Source: a virus
Taxonomy: Duplodnaviria; Caudoviricetes
Virus record (IMG/VR): IMGVR_UViG_3300038393_000730
Coordinates: 1-52,448 of that record
Reading direction: 5' to 3' (one strand)
Length of the DNA stretch: 52,448 bases
Shown: in pieces, positions 1-8,405 of the stretch
Layout: every line of letters begins with the position of its first letter
Position numbering within the stretch: position 1 is the first letter of the stretch
Notes under the pieces: model-generated
Told to the model about the DNA's origin: nothing
What the model saw: only the letters and a program-made list of their open reading frames with translations
The model's database searches: none
Translations under genes and position numbers: made by a program

Positions 1-193
1 CTTCCGGCTGGAAGCGCGAGAGGTAGTCGATCACGACTTTCTGCTCGACCGTCCCGCCTTCCGGCAGGGCCAGCGTGAGCATGCACATGCGGTTCCACTC
101 GTCGGCGGGCACCTGGATCTTCACGATGCGCGCGGCGCGGGTGCGTTTGTGCATGACGTATTCCGGCAGGGCCGGTGCGACGGTAGTGGTCAT
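1..193 (-). CDS. Hypothetical protein, 3'-truncated (MTTTVAPALPEYVMHKRTRAARIVKIQ...)
   Basis: ATG overlaps the upstream TGA (ATGA at 190-193); frame stays open to the window edge. Confidence 0.6.
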   Translation of the reverse strand, partial: MTTTVAPALPEYVMHKRTRAARIVKIQVPADEWNRMCMLTLALPEGGTVEQKVVIDYLSRFQPE

Positions 194-423
194 CCTTGCT
201 GCCCTCCTTCGGTTTGCTGTTGTGCTGCCAGGAACTGCCTTACCCATCCACGCCTTGCTGCAAGATCAGGTGCTGGTACGTACAGGACACAGAACCTGTC
301 ATCCCAGGCCGATACGTTTTCGTAGCCGCTGCACGGCGCCCCGCCGGCCTGTTGCTGCTCGGCCGTGGCCTGGTTCAGTTCCCAGCGGTGGCACGAGGCG
401 CAGATTCTGGTGGCGCGGTTCAT
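190..423 (-). CDS. Small Cys-rich hypothetical protein (MNRATRICASCHRW...)
   Basis: ATGA coupling at both ends; CxxC plus two further Cys. Confidence 0.6.
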   Translation of the reverse strand: MNRATRICASCHRWELNQATAEQQQAGGAPCSGYENVSAWDDRFCVLYVPAPDLAARRGWVRQFLAAQQQTEGGQQG

Positions 424-527
424 CGGCCAAACAACCTTTGCCACAGCGCCAGGCCCATGCCCAGCATGCATCCGGCGAGCATGCCGAAGGCGCTGGCGGC
501 ATAAAGCCAGCTTGTCAGTTTGTTCAT
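420..527 (-). CDS. 35-aa membrane peptide ([35 protein letters not shown])
   Basis: Read manually; ATGA-coupled to the MTase stop and to the next gene; hydrophobic. Confidence 0.5.
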   Translation of the reverse strand: MNKLTSWLYAASAFGMLAGCMLGMGLALWQRLFGR

Positions 528-1639
528 GCCGCCCACTCCATCACGGTTTCGATGAACAGCCGCGCCGCCTCTACGTTGATGGCGTTGCCATACCCGCGCA
601 GTGCTGCGACACGGTAGGACTTGGCTCGGGCGAGACTTTCGTTATCAAGTCCTGCCAGGCTTGCCAGTCGCTCCAGCCCGGCGCCGCCCGATCCCACGCT
701 TCGGGGTAGCCCATGAGCCAGCGGGAATGTGCCGGGTTCAACTGGCCTCCACTTTCCATCCCGGCATCCGAGCCAGTCAGCATCTCGCCAGAAGCCGTTA
801 GTCGGGCCGGTCCGCAGATCGCTGCCGCCATCGACAAGTCCTGCGGCGATCCCTTGCGCTCGATCTCCGACAGCGCCCCCTCCAGCGTCCGCACATTCTT
901 CTCGCCGTCCGCTGCTCGCGTCGTCGGCCAGCCGCATAAGTTCGCCTGCCGCGGCAGCTGATCGAAGCGTTCCGACCCGTCCGCCCTCGGCTTGATGTCC
1001 GCGCCCGAGTCCTTCCAGTCGCGCGTGACTGGCGTCACCCAGCCCGCCAGCATCACCGCATCCTGGAGATTGATCATGTGACCCACTCGCTTTGCCGGAT
1101 CCTGCCCACCCCTCTCCCCGTTGCCCCGCGTCGGCGTTGGCCACCCAGTACAGGCGATCTCGGATGTGCGGCGCACCGACGCCCGCAGACGGGAACGCGA
1201 CACACCCGAAGGCGTAGCCCAGTTCTTCCAGGTCTGCGTGTACAAGGTCGATCCAAGGGTCTGCATCCTTGCTCGCAACCTGCTCTCCAAGAACGCTTGC
1301 AGGGCGGCGCTCGCGGATGAGGTCGCGGAAGACGGGCCACAGGTGGCGCTCGTCATCGAATCCGGCGCCCTTTCCTGCCGCGCTGAACGGCTGGCAAGGG
1401 CAGGAGCCGGTCCAGACAGAGCGATCGTCCGGCCATCCTGCAAGGCGCAAGGCGAGGGGCCAGCCGCCGATGCCGGCGAAGAAATGACACTGGGTGAATC
1501 CCACAAGCTCATCTGCTCGTACATCCTCGATGCTCCTTTCGTCCACCACGCCAGGTGCAATCAGCCCGGCCGCGATCAGGTTGCGCAGCCAGGCTGCGGC
1601 GCGCGGGTCAAATTCGTTGTAATAGTTTTCGTTCTCCAT
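524..1639 (-). CDS. C5-cytosine DNA methyltransferase, catalytic (alpha-like) chain
   Basis: FFAGIGG (motif I), GSCPCQPFS (IV), EQV (VI), [10 protein letters not shown] (VIII), GYGNAI (X); no motif IX in this frame. Confidence 0.92.
   Translation of the reverse strand: MENENYYNEFDPRAAAWLRNLIAAGLIAPGVVDERSIEDVRADELVGFTQCHFFAGIGGWPLALRLAGWPDDRSVWTGSCPCQPFSAAGKGAGFDDERHLWPVFRDLIRERRPASVLGEQVASKDADPWIDLVHADLEELGYAFGCVAFPSAGVGAPHIRDRLYWVANADAGQRGEGWAGSGKASGSHDQSPGCGDAGGLGDASHARLEGLGRGHQAEGGRVGTLRSAAAAGELMRLADDASSGRREECADAGGGAVGDRAQGIAAGLVDGGSDLRTGPTNGFWRDADWLGCRDGKWRPVEPGTFPLAHGLPRSVGSGGAGLERLASLAGLDNESLARAKSYRVAALRGYGNAINVEAARLFIETVMEWAA
571..1524 (-). CDS. Overlapping alternative-frame chain of the methyltransferase (beta-like; TRD-like repeats and motif IX)
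   Basis: 317-codon open frame nested in the MTase gene; GAAAGGAG Shine-Dalgarno 8 nt before ATG 1524; [16 protein letters not shown] resembles motif IX; three GW(P/V)T(P/T) repeats. Confidence 0.75.
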   Translation of the reverse strand: MYEQMSLWDSPSVISSPASAAGPSPCALQDGRTIALSGPAPALASRSARQERAPDSMTSATCGPSSATSSASAALQAFLESRLRARMQTLGSTLYTQTWKNWATPSGVSRSRLRASVRRTSEIACTGWPTPTRGNGERGGQDPAKRVGHMINLQDAVMLAGWVTPVTRDWKDSGADIKPRADGSERFDQLPRQANLCGWPTTRAADGEKNVRTLEGALSEIERKGSPQDLSMAAAICGPARLTASGEMLTGSDAGMESGGQLNPAHSRWLMGYPEAWDRAAPGWSDWQAWQDLITKVSPEPSPTVSQHCAGMATPST

Positions 1640-1668
1640 CCTGCCGCCCCGCTCTGATATTTATCAAA

Positions 1669-1697
1669 ACTGTAGCATACAATATGATATCAGTCAC
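1669..1697 (-). promoter_or_regulatory. Putative sigma70 promoter for the MTase/nin genes
   Basis: GTGACT-17-TACAGT with an extended -10 TG; ATATGATATC motif lies in the spacer. Confidence 0.45.
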
Positions 1698-1725
1698 CAA
1701 CTATTTTTCTTCCCGGAATTTGTTG

Positions 1726-2478
1726 TTATTCCCCAGCACCAGCCTGCCGCTGATAGGCGCGCACCTGCTGGTCGATGTCGCGCGTCCTTGCCTGCTCGGC
1801 CTGGAACGCTGCCGCCACGCGCGCATCGCGGATGCGCTCGGCTTTCCTGAACGGGTCTTCGAGCTTCGCTACTTCGTCCAGCACGCGCTTGAGCCCTTCG
1901 GGGCGTCCTGCCGGTTCGCCGCTGATGCTGATGCCGTTTTGTGCCAGCGCCAGGTGCGCGGGCGGTGCCGGCAAGAGGCCGTCCCGCTGGGCCTTGGCCA
2001 GCACGACCGCCTTGCGCGTCTTGTCCCAGCCTTCGGACACCACCCACACGGCCGGCTTGTTGGCAGCTCGCGCTTCGCTCACCAGGCGGGCATAGGCATC
2101 CTTGAACGCCATGCGTGCGCCGATTTCGTCGCCCGCCGCCAGCACCGGCTGGCAGGCATGGAAGGCATCGCGCATTTCCTCGGTCCAGACCACCGTTTCC
2201 TCTTCGCCGCGAGTCGTCAGCGCCACCGCCCAGGCTTCGTTCTCGTCAGGCCGGCCGTCCAGCAGGCGGCAGCGGGCGGCGATGCTGTTCGGTGCCGGGG
2301 CGTGGTCCGGGCGCTCCAGCGCGTAGGCAGAAAACGCCCTGGCGATCACGGCTGGCTGGAACGGCGCCAGCACGTTGAACCACACGCCCACCATGCCGCC
2401 ATCCGGCAGCGGCTTGCCGTAACTAGCCATCACATTGCCCAGAAGCTGGGCAAATTCCGGCTTGTCCTCGTTCCTCAT
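1726..2478 (-). CDS. Putative helicase loader/inhibitor-type replication protein
   Basis: Coupled directly downstream of the initiator; RPDENEAW and GARMAFKDAY motifs typical of phage proteins in this position. Confidence 0.6.
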   Translation of the reverse strand: MRNEDKPEFAQLLGNVMASYGKPLPDGGMVGVWFNVLAPFQPAVIARAFSAYALERPDHAPAPNSIAARCRLLDGRPDENEAWAVALTTRGEEETVVWTEEMRDAFHACQPVLAAGDEIGARMAFKDAYARLVSEARAANKPAVWVVSEGWDKTRKAVVLAKAQRDGLLPAPPAHLALAQNGISISGEPAGRPEGLKRVLDEVAKLEDPFRKAERIRDARVAAAFQAEQARTRDIDQQVRAYQRQAGAGE

Positions 2479-3440
2479 TGCTCGGTTTCCTCCAGTTCCA
2501 TTTCGATCACGTCGGCGTCGATCGCGCTGGCGTCGGCCGCACCAGGGCCACTCAGGAACTCGGCCATGATGCGGGCGTTGCGCTGCTCGATCGTCTCCTC
2601 CCCCACCACCTGCTGGCTTGCCAGTTCGATGAACTTGTCGATGTGCTCCGCATCGCGCAGCACCAGGCCGATGCCGTTGTGCTTGTTGTTGCCGGCGTAC
2701 TTGCCGCGCGCCATGTGGAAATCCGACCGCTCACAGCCCTTGATTGCCTCGCAGAGCTGGCGCGGCGTGTAGCCCAGCTTGAGCGCGGCCTTGATCGCCC
2801 GCTTGCGCTTGTCGTCCAGCAGGGCGCGTGGCGAGTTCATCGTCTTTTGCCAGTAACCGAAGATGTCCGACACCACATCGCGGTCGGGTGCCGCATTGCG
2901 GCGCTCGACATGGTTTTTAGGTTTACTCTCTTCTTCTTCCTCTTTCTCTTCTTCTACCTCTTCTTCTTGTGGCCGTTTCTTACCGTTACCTACCGTTTCA
3001 TCCGTTTCTGGTTTTTTGTGATCCGTTGCGCCACCTAAGTCATTGTTTTCATTAGGCTGCGGGCCTTTCTTGCGATCCCGCAGCGCCTGCACGCGCTTGG
3101 TCGAAGCGCCGGGCGGTTCGGGCTTTTTCTCGCGTTTCCCCTGCCTTTCCTCCCAGCGCATGATCTCGCCCGTTTCGCTCACCAAGCCTTCCCGTTTCAG
3201 GCCGTTACATACCGTTTCAACGGTCGCCAGATCGAATTGCAGGGTATAAGCCATCTGGCGCATGGCCTTGGCGTCCAGTTCGACCCAGCCGCGCTCATCG
3301 CTGTTGGAGGCAGTCTCCAGGTGGTACGCCCAGATCGCAATAATGCAACCTGTGGGCACCTTGATTTCGTCGGCCAGCATGCGCAGCTTCATATCAGCGC
3401 AGGTGCCGACCCACCACTTGAACCACGGCATCCGTTCCAT
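2475..3440 (-). CDS. Phage replication initiator (replisome organiser, lambda O analogue)
   Basis: N-terminal MPWFKWW...D.KL, central charged linker carrying iterons, C-terminal helical domain. Confidence 0.75.
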   Translation of the reverse strand: MERMPWFKWWVGTCADMKLRMLADEIKVPTGCIIAIWAYHLETASNSDERGWVELDAKAMRQMAYTLQFDLATVETVCNGLKREGLVSETGEIMRWEERQGKREKKPEPPGASTKRVQALRDRKKGPQPNENNDLGGATDHKKPETDETVGNGKKRPQEEEVEEEKEEEEESKPKNHVERRNAAPDRDVVSDIFGYWQKTMNSPRALLDDKRKRAIKAALKLGYTPRQLCEAIKGCERSDFHMARGKYAGNNKHNGIGLVLRDAEHIDKFIELASQQVVGEETIEQRNARIMAEFLSGPGAADASAIDADVIEMELEETEQ

Positions 3441-3502
3441 TTAATGCCTTCCCAATTTCTTGTTTTTGAAACGGCCCGTTACAGACCGTTGCATGCCGTT
3501 GC
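2973..3502. repeat. Iteron-like CCGTT(T/A/G)C repeats; putative origin and autoregulatory sites
   Basis: Copies at 2973, 2983, 2993, 3002, 3023; 3170, 3192, 3202, 3212; 3476, 3486, 3496, mostly in 10-bp phase; purine/pyrimidine-skewed tract at 2926-2968. Confidence 0.7.
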
Positions 3503-3865
3503 TCAGGCGCTCTTGCGTTCGTCTGTCGGCAGTTGAACCAGTTCCATGTGCTTGCGCATCTGGCCCATGTACAGCGCCAGGAACTGGTCGATCCAGTTCG
3601 CTTTCGAGGGGCACAGCTTGCGGGCCGACAGGGCGCCTGCGGTGGCGACTTCGATCAGGATTGCCGCCTCCAGCGAGATAGGGTGGTTGGCCAGGCGCGA
3701 CATGCGCGACAGTTGTGACGGGTACAGGCCGGTCTTGGCGGCGATGTCGAGCTGGCGCCCCTTGCCTGCCTTGAAGTAGGCGCGCAGTTCCTCGCGGGCC
3801 TCCTGCTCGGCCAGGATCAGCGATTGCGGTTTAGTCGGTTGCGGTGACGGTGCGACGTACGGCAT
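3503..3865 (-). CDS. Cro/YdaS-like HTH regulator
   Basis: HTH QLDIAAKTGLYPSQLSRM; AILIEVATAGALSARKLCP tail; AAGGGGA SD. Confidence 0.7.
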   Translation of the reverse strand: MPYVAPSPQPTKPQSLILAEQEAREELRAYFKAGKGRQLDIAAKTGLYPSQLSRMSRLANHPISLEAAILIEVATAGALSARKLCPSKANWIDQFLALYMGQMRKHMELVQLPTDERKSA

Positions 3866-4098
3866 GGACATTCCCCTTGGATACGTTTTGACATTTATCA
3901 ATTATACCCAGCGCAAGAATGCTGATACAGATCAAGCCGCTCCTGTCCGCATCAAGCCACAATCGTTCACGCTGGGCAATCTCTTGGTTGACTTTCCGCA
4001 AAACTTCCACCTGGGAAAAACAGTAGGAGATGTCTTACACAGTAGCAGGCGTATTGAACGGAATCAAGTGCTTTGTTCCAATACCGAACTATTTGTTC

Positions 4099-4596
4099 CT
4101 ATTTGCAACGGTTTAGTTTGATATGATATCGATTTGCCAGCAGATTTTTGAGGGTGTCGAGCAGGGCCAGTTCGCTCCCGTAAGCGGCCTCGAAACGGGT
4201 CTTGTAGGGGTGGCGGCTGATCTTTGCCGGGGTCGGGCTGTTCTGGTGGTGGCCTGGATCGCACAGGGGCAGGGTGAACATGTGCCCCATGCGCCGGCCG
4301 CCGCTCAGGATGTGGTGGATTGCCGCTGGCGTGCGCGCCCCGTGCTGCAGGTAGCAGACGATGCAGCCGAATTCGCGGGCCTTGTCCATCCAGGCTTGCT
4401 CCGCGGCGGTTGGCGCCACCTTGCCCTGCCCAGTACGCCGCGCACGCTGCCCCACCGCCGCCATCGGTTTCGTGGACCGCGCCATGGGCTTTGTCGCCAC
4501 CAGCCGCGCCGTGCCCCGGTTCATCGGCTTGTGGCTCTTGAGTGGCGTCTTGCGCGCCAGTGGCTTGCCGGGGTTCTTGAAGGTGCTGTTTCTCAT
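4099..4596 (-). CDS. ref: Ref-family RecA-dependent HNH nuclease
   Basis: Basic N-terminus, GCIVC, IHH, TLPLCDPGHH, ISRHP.K.RFEAAYGSE..LL as in P1 Ref. Confidence 0.8.
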   Translation of the reverse strand: MRNSTFKNPGKPLARKTPLKSHKPMNRGTARLVATKPMARSTKPMAAVGQRARRTGQGKVAPTAAEQAWMDKAREFGCIVCYLQHGARTPAAIHHILSGGRRMGHMFTLPLCDPGHHQNSPTPAKISRHPYKTRFEAAYGSELALLDTLKNLLANRYHIKLNRCK

Positions 4597-4847
4597 TCGC
4601 GGCCTGCCAATGCGCCAGCAAACATGGCCTCGTAGATGCAGGCACCTTCGCTGTAGAAGCCGGCGTTCAGCAGCAGGGCCGGCGAGTGTACCAGCGCATT
4701 GAGCAGGGTCAGGAGCGCATGCACCGGCACCACCGGGCCCAACAGGGCGCAGCGCAGCCAGTCGCGCCTGATGCGGGCCAGGCGCCCGATGCGGCAGGCG
4801 CCGGCCAGCAGGATCAGCATGGCAAAGAGGTAGGCGGCGGGGTGCAT
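4593..4847 (-). CDS. Hypothetical membrane protein
   Basis: TAATG/ATGA coupling; hydrophobic stretches. Confidence 0.55.
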   Translation of the reverse strand: MHPAAYLFAMLILLAGACRIGRLARIRRDWLRCALLGPVVPVHALLTLLNALVHSPALLLNAGFYSEGACIYEAMFAGALAGRE

Positions 4848-5215
4848 TACTCGTCGCCCCGCTTGGTGTGGAGAACGATACACCACTCCTTGTTCTCGAC
4901 CCCGACCAATGCGGTGCTGGTATAGCATCCGGGGTTATCGACATGAAGAGGGGTATCCAGCGAGTACCTGAAATCGCCACCTTTCCAGCCCGTGAACGCG
5001 CGCCCGTCGCTGGCACTGCGAAGCTCTGCTAGCAGAGCGGCGGCTGATACGTGACAGCCGGGCAGCGCGAAGCCAAGCGCCGCCTCCGAGTAGACCCCGC
5101 GCCAGCTATCAACTGCGGTTGGCACGCAGCGGCAAAAGTCGAAGTACACCGATGCATCTGGCGGAGCTGCCTCCAGTGCCGTGATGACCGCGCCGATGGT
5201 GAGGGTTTCGCTCAT
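4847..5215 (-). CDS. Hypothetical phage protein
   Basis: Coupled ORF; DSWRGVYSE and FTGWKGG motifs. Confidence 0.7.
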   Translation of the reverse strand: MSETLTIGAVITALEAAPPDASVYFDFCRCVPTAVDSWRGVYSEAALGFALPGCHVSAAALLAELRSASDGRAFTGWKGGDFRYSLDTPLHVDNPGCYTSTALVGVENKEWCIVLHTKRGDE

Positions 5216-5583
5216 CGCTTCTCCTGCCGGTGGTTGTTTTCTGACATGGCCTCGCCTATGGCGGCAGCAGCACGAACGATAGCGCGGCGGGTGGCGGCGT
5301 ATGGATCATCGAGCTCATACTCGACGGCGCTAAAACCTTCTTGGTTGCTGGCCGTTACGGTACAGTATCGCCCTTCTTCCGCCGTCGCTGTGTCGTTGGT
5401 CTTAGCGATGTCGATGTCCAGCTTCACCGCCAGCCGTAGCGCGTCGCCGTCGTCGGTGAGCGGATTCCATCCATCCTGCACACCTAGCAAGTACATCAGG
5501 CCCAGTTCCATGCCTTGTGGCTCGTAACCAGCCGCCTTCGCCGCCAGTTCCAGCAATTCACGGTCTAGCTTCGCTTCGCTCAT
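5212..5583 (-). CDS. Conserved hypothetical phage protein
   Basis: AAAGGAG SD; ELLELAAKAAG, WNPLTDDGDALRLAVKL, AATRRAIVRAAA motifs. Confidence 0.75.
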   Translation of the reverse strand: MSEAKLDRELLELAAKAAGYEPQGMELGLMYLLGVQDGWNPLTDDGDALRLAVKLDIDIAKTNDTATAEEGRYCTVTASNQEGFSAVEYELDDPYAATRRAIVRAAAAIGEAMSENNHRQEKR

Positions 5584-6007
5584 GATGGCTCCTTTGAAAA
5601 TGTTGTTGTGCATCATGCGGCAGGTCGCACTGGCGCGTCCAGTCCTTGCAGATCCCGCACCAGATGCGTGAGTTGCGCTTGCTCGCCCGCTGCAGGTATC
5701 GGAAGCCCAGGCGCACGTCCACTGGGGGCGTCTGCATTACCTCAATCAGCCTGGTTGGCCCGTCGAACGGCATCCCGGCAAGTTCCCGCACGGTCTGGAT
5801 GTGCCACCCGGTACGGTCCATGATCTGCACCATCAGCCCCGGCGAAATCGGGCGCTGGCGATGGCTGACGCGCGTGATGATGGCTGGGTCGCATTCCAAG
5901 AGGTGCGCGAGCTGGCTTGCGTTTTCCACGTCCAGGCACTCCATTACCTTGTTCAGCAGCCGGTTGGGGGTGTAGGTGGGCGAGGTGAGGTCGATGTCGT
6001 CCATCAT
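5558..6007 (-). CDS. HTH DNA-binding protein
   Basis: PNRLL...NASQLAHLLECDPAIITRVSHR HTH; CAGGAGG SD. Confidence 0.7.
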   Translation of the reverse strand: MMDDIDLTSPTYTPNRLLNKVMECLDVENASQLAHLLECDPAIITRVSHRQRPISPGLMVQIMDRTGWHIQTVRELAGMPFDGPTRLIEVMQTPPVDVRLGFRYLQRASKRNSRIWCGICKDWTRQCDLPHDAQQHFQRSHHERSEARP

Positions 6008-6168
6008 GTGGCCGAATCCTCCTGCTTGGCCTTGTCGCCCTGCGGCAGCGGCGGCGGAACGTACTGCTGGCGCTCCCGCTTGCCGAATATGCGTTCGTGG
6101 TTGGTGTCGAATACCTCAAGGGGCACCGAGAAGGGGCGCGGTGCGTCACCTTTTCCTCCGTCGCTCAT
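6004..6168 (-). CDS. 54-aa phage protein (MSDGGKGDAPRPFSVPLEVFDTNHERIFGK...)
   Basis: Read manually, below the ORF-track cut-off; ATGA-coupled at both ends; GGAGG SD. Confidence 0.65.
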   Translation of the reverse strand: MSDGGKGDAPRPFSVPLEVFDTNHERIFGKRERQQYVPPPLPQGDKAKQEDSAT

Positions 6169-6521
6169 GCGCCTCCCTTGCAGCCCATGTGGGTCTTGCC
6201 ATCGGCGGCGATACGCGGCTGCACAGCCTTGCCATAGCCGCCACGGCCAAACAGCAGGTATTCGCAGCCGGTTTCGCCGTCACGGTACAGGATGATGCCG
6301 CCGTGGTTGACGGGGTTCTCCGGTTGCGGGCGCGCTGCGCGGGCCTCTTCCACTTCCTGGCGCTCGCACCCCGTCAGCACGGCTACCACGATCATTGCCC
6401 ACACGGCAGCAGCGATCCACCAGCCGATGCGCTGGTTGCGGGTGAAGTCGCGCGGCTGGCGAAGCGGGCATTCGCGGCCTTGGTTGCAAGAATGAGTCGA
6501 GCAGCAGTGCGGGGCGGTCAT
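6165..6521 (-). CDS. Membrane-anchored hypothetical protein (DUF6440-like)
   Basis: TM helix ending in LTGC; DGETGCEYL...PR...DG motif. Confidence 0.6.
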   Translation of the reverse strand: MTAPHCCSTHSCNQGRECPLRQPRDFTRNQRIGWWIAAAVWAMIVVAVLTGCERQEVEEARAARPQPENPVNHGGIILYRDGETGCEYLLFGRGGYGKAVQPRIAADGKTHMGCKGGA

Positions 6522-7357
6522 GCTGGCACCTTGTCGATAATGGCGGCGAGGTCGATGCAGCCCATGCCAATGGCGCTCATGGATGAATTGCCAATGCGGT
6601 TCTGGCATGCTTCCAGCACTGCTTCTGCAATCGCCATGTCACGGGCTTCGCGGTCTTTCTTGGTGAAGCAGGCGGCGCAAATCTCGGCGGCTTGGCCGTT
6701 GGCCTGCGCCTGCATCAGCTTGATACCGTACTCGTGCCGGGCCTGCGACACTTCATCGCGCGCCGCGAATAAGTCTTGCTGGCTTTGAATCAGTTGTTGC
6801 TGCAATGCGGTGTACTGCGCTTCGGCAAAGACGATGCCGTTGTCAATCGCATGGCGCAGAGCAGCATTGGCAACGGCTTGTATCTGCCCCGAAGTAATAG
6901 TAAGACCCTGCCTTGGGCCCATTTTATCTATGGCAGCTATTGCGTCATCCCATTCGAGGTCGATTACTGGGTACTGCTTCGCAGGGAATGGCCAGCGCCA
7001 GGTTTCGTGCGTCCCGTTCTTGTCGCCCGGCAGCGCATCAAATTCTTCCCCCGTGTTGCCCACAATGCGGTCTCCAACGAAGAACGCTCTGCCCTCGATG
7101 TAACCGAGGGGCGTCATCACGAGGTTGCGGCGATGCTCGTAATCGCCGCCATTTGGATCGCATGTGCCGGATGCTGCCCAGTTCTCCGGGTAATCATGAC
7201 CACTTTCCGTCACATAGCCGAGCAGCGGATACAGGCTATTGTTCGCGTCCCATTTCAAGACTGTTGCGGCAAATCCGCCTTGGCACGCATACGGCGCACC
7301 CGCTTTCGCATGTTCCAGGTTGAACGGCCGCGTTTCCATCTGCTTTACCTGTTCCAT
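6518..7357 (-). CDS. Hypothetical protein
   Basis: 279-aa ORF in the coupled operon; PFNLEHAKAGAP N-terminus. Confidence 0.7.
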   Translation of the reverse strand: MEQVKQMETRPFNLEHAKAGAPYACQGGFAATVLKWDANNSLYPLLGYVTESGHDYPENWAASGTCDPNGGDYEHRRNLVMTPLGYIEGRAFFVGDRIVGNTGEEFDALPGDKNGTHETWRWPFPAKQYPVIDLEWDDAIAAIDKMGPRQGLTITSGQIQAVANAALRHAIDNGIVFAEAQYTALQQQLIQSQQDLFAARDEVSQARHEYGIKLMQAQANGQAAEICAACFTKKDREARDMAIAEAVLEACQNRIGNSSMSAIGMGCIDLAAIIDKVPA

Positions 7358-7401
7358 TTCTCTATCCCTTCGTTGTAGTTGTGATGCTGAGTAAAAGTAG
7401 G

Positions 7402-8025
7402 TTACAGCCCAAGCGCCGAAAACGGGTTCTGCGGCTTTGCCACTGCCTGCTGCACGATGCTTTGCGCGCGCCTGGACCGGATCTTGCGGATGGCTGACTG
7501 GTAGCGCGGCACGACGATCCCGGTCATTTCAGCCTGCTCGACGGCAGCACGAACGCGCTTTTCATAGTTGCGCTTGATCGTGTTCTTGGGCACCGGCTTG
7601 AGCTTGCATTTTGCATCCTTGCCGGGGCCGGGGTAGAAGATGGGGCAGAACAGTCCCTGCGCTTCGGGCCTTGCGTAGTCCCCGATGTGGCACCAGCCCA
7701 CGTTGCGCATGGTGTTGACCCGGCGCTCGACCTCGTGCCGGTCAAAACCCATCTGCCGCATGATCTGCGCATAGGTCGCGGGCAGCAAGGCACGGATGGC
7801 GCGCGCATCGCGGTCCACGGCGAACACACGGAACGGATTGCAGGTAGGGCACTTGCAAGCGCCGTTCCTGATCGCGCGCTGCTCGCCCACGGTTTGCCAG
7901 CCGCAGGCGCATGTCACCCGCCACGTCGTTTCCAGATGAACGGTGCGGCCCACCCGCTCGCCCACCGCCAGGTTCTCCCAGCGCGGCACCGGGGCGGCAG
8001 CTACCTGCTCACCCTTGCGCGCCAT
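7402..8025 (-). CDS. Hypothetical Zn-finger/HTH protein
   Basis: CxC...CxxC followed by an HTH-like segment. Confidence 0.6.
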   Translation of the reverse strand: MARKGEQVAAAPVPRWENLAVGERVGRTVHLETTWRVTCACGWQTVGEQRAIRNGACKCPTCNPFRVFAVDRDARAIRALLPATYAQIMRQMGFDRHEVERRVNTMRNVGWCHIGDYARPEAQGLFCPIFYPGPGKDAKCKLKPVPKNTIKRNYEKRVRAAVEQAEMTGIVVPRYQSAIRKIRSRRAQSIVQQAVAKPQNPFSALGL

Positions 8026-8239
8026 CGCTTACCCCATGCTCGTCCAGCTTGCGCACCTTCTCGTGCTTTTCCAGGAAGGGCTGCAGCCGTCCGGCGATCG
8101 ACAATCGGCAAGCATTCCCCTCGATGATCCGGCGAATTGTATTGATGCCAACGCCGGCCATCCGCGACACCTTGGCGGTCTGCCTTTCCCCGGCCCGGCG
8201 CTGCAACTGCGCCCTGATGTAATCCATGTTGATCTGCAT
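8009..8239 (-). CDS. Cro-like HTH protein, first gene of the leftward-drawn early operon
   Basis: TAKVSRMAGVGINTIRRII HTH; GGAG SD; adjacent to the divergent control region. Confidence 0.65.
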   Translation of the reverse strand: MQINMDYIRAQLQRRAGERQTAKVSRMAGVGINTIRRIIEGNACRLSIAGRLQPFLEKHEKVRKLDEHGVSDGAQG

Positions 8240-8405
8240 CCCTTGCTCTCCATATGATTTCAAATGATACCGACAGATAGTGGCACGAATGCTGGCGTAA
8301 ATCAATCCACAACTGTTGCGAAATAGCCCTTGCGCCATCGATTTTTATACGGTAGGATTTGCAACGGTAGCAAATGATATCGTATCAGACCAACCGGGAG
8401 CCATC
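8240..8405. promoter_or_regulatory. Divergent early control region
   Basis: AT-rich gap where the coding strand switches; ATATGATTTC, AAATGATACC and AAATGATATC operator-like copies. Confidence 0.65.

Noticed and set aside
2926-2968. CT-rich microsatellite
   Set aside because: It encodes the Glu/Lys-rich linker of the initiator and is treated as part of the origin region
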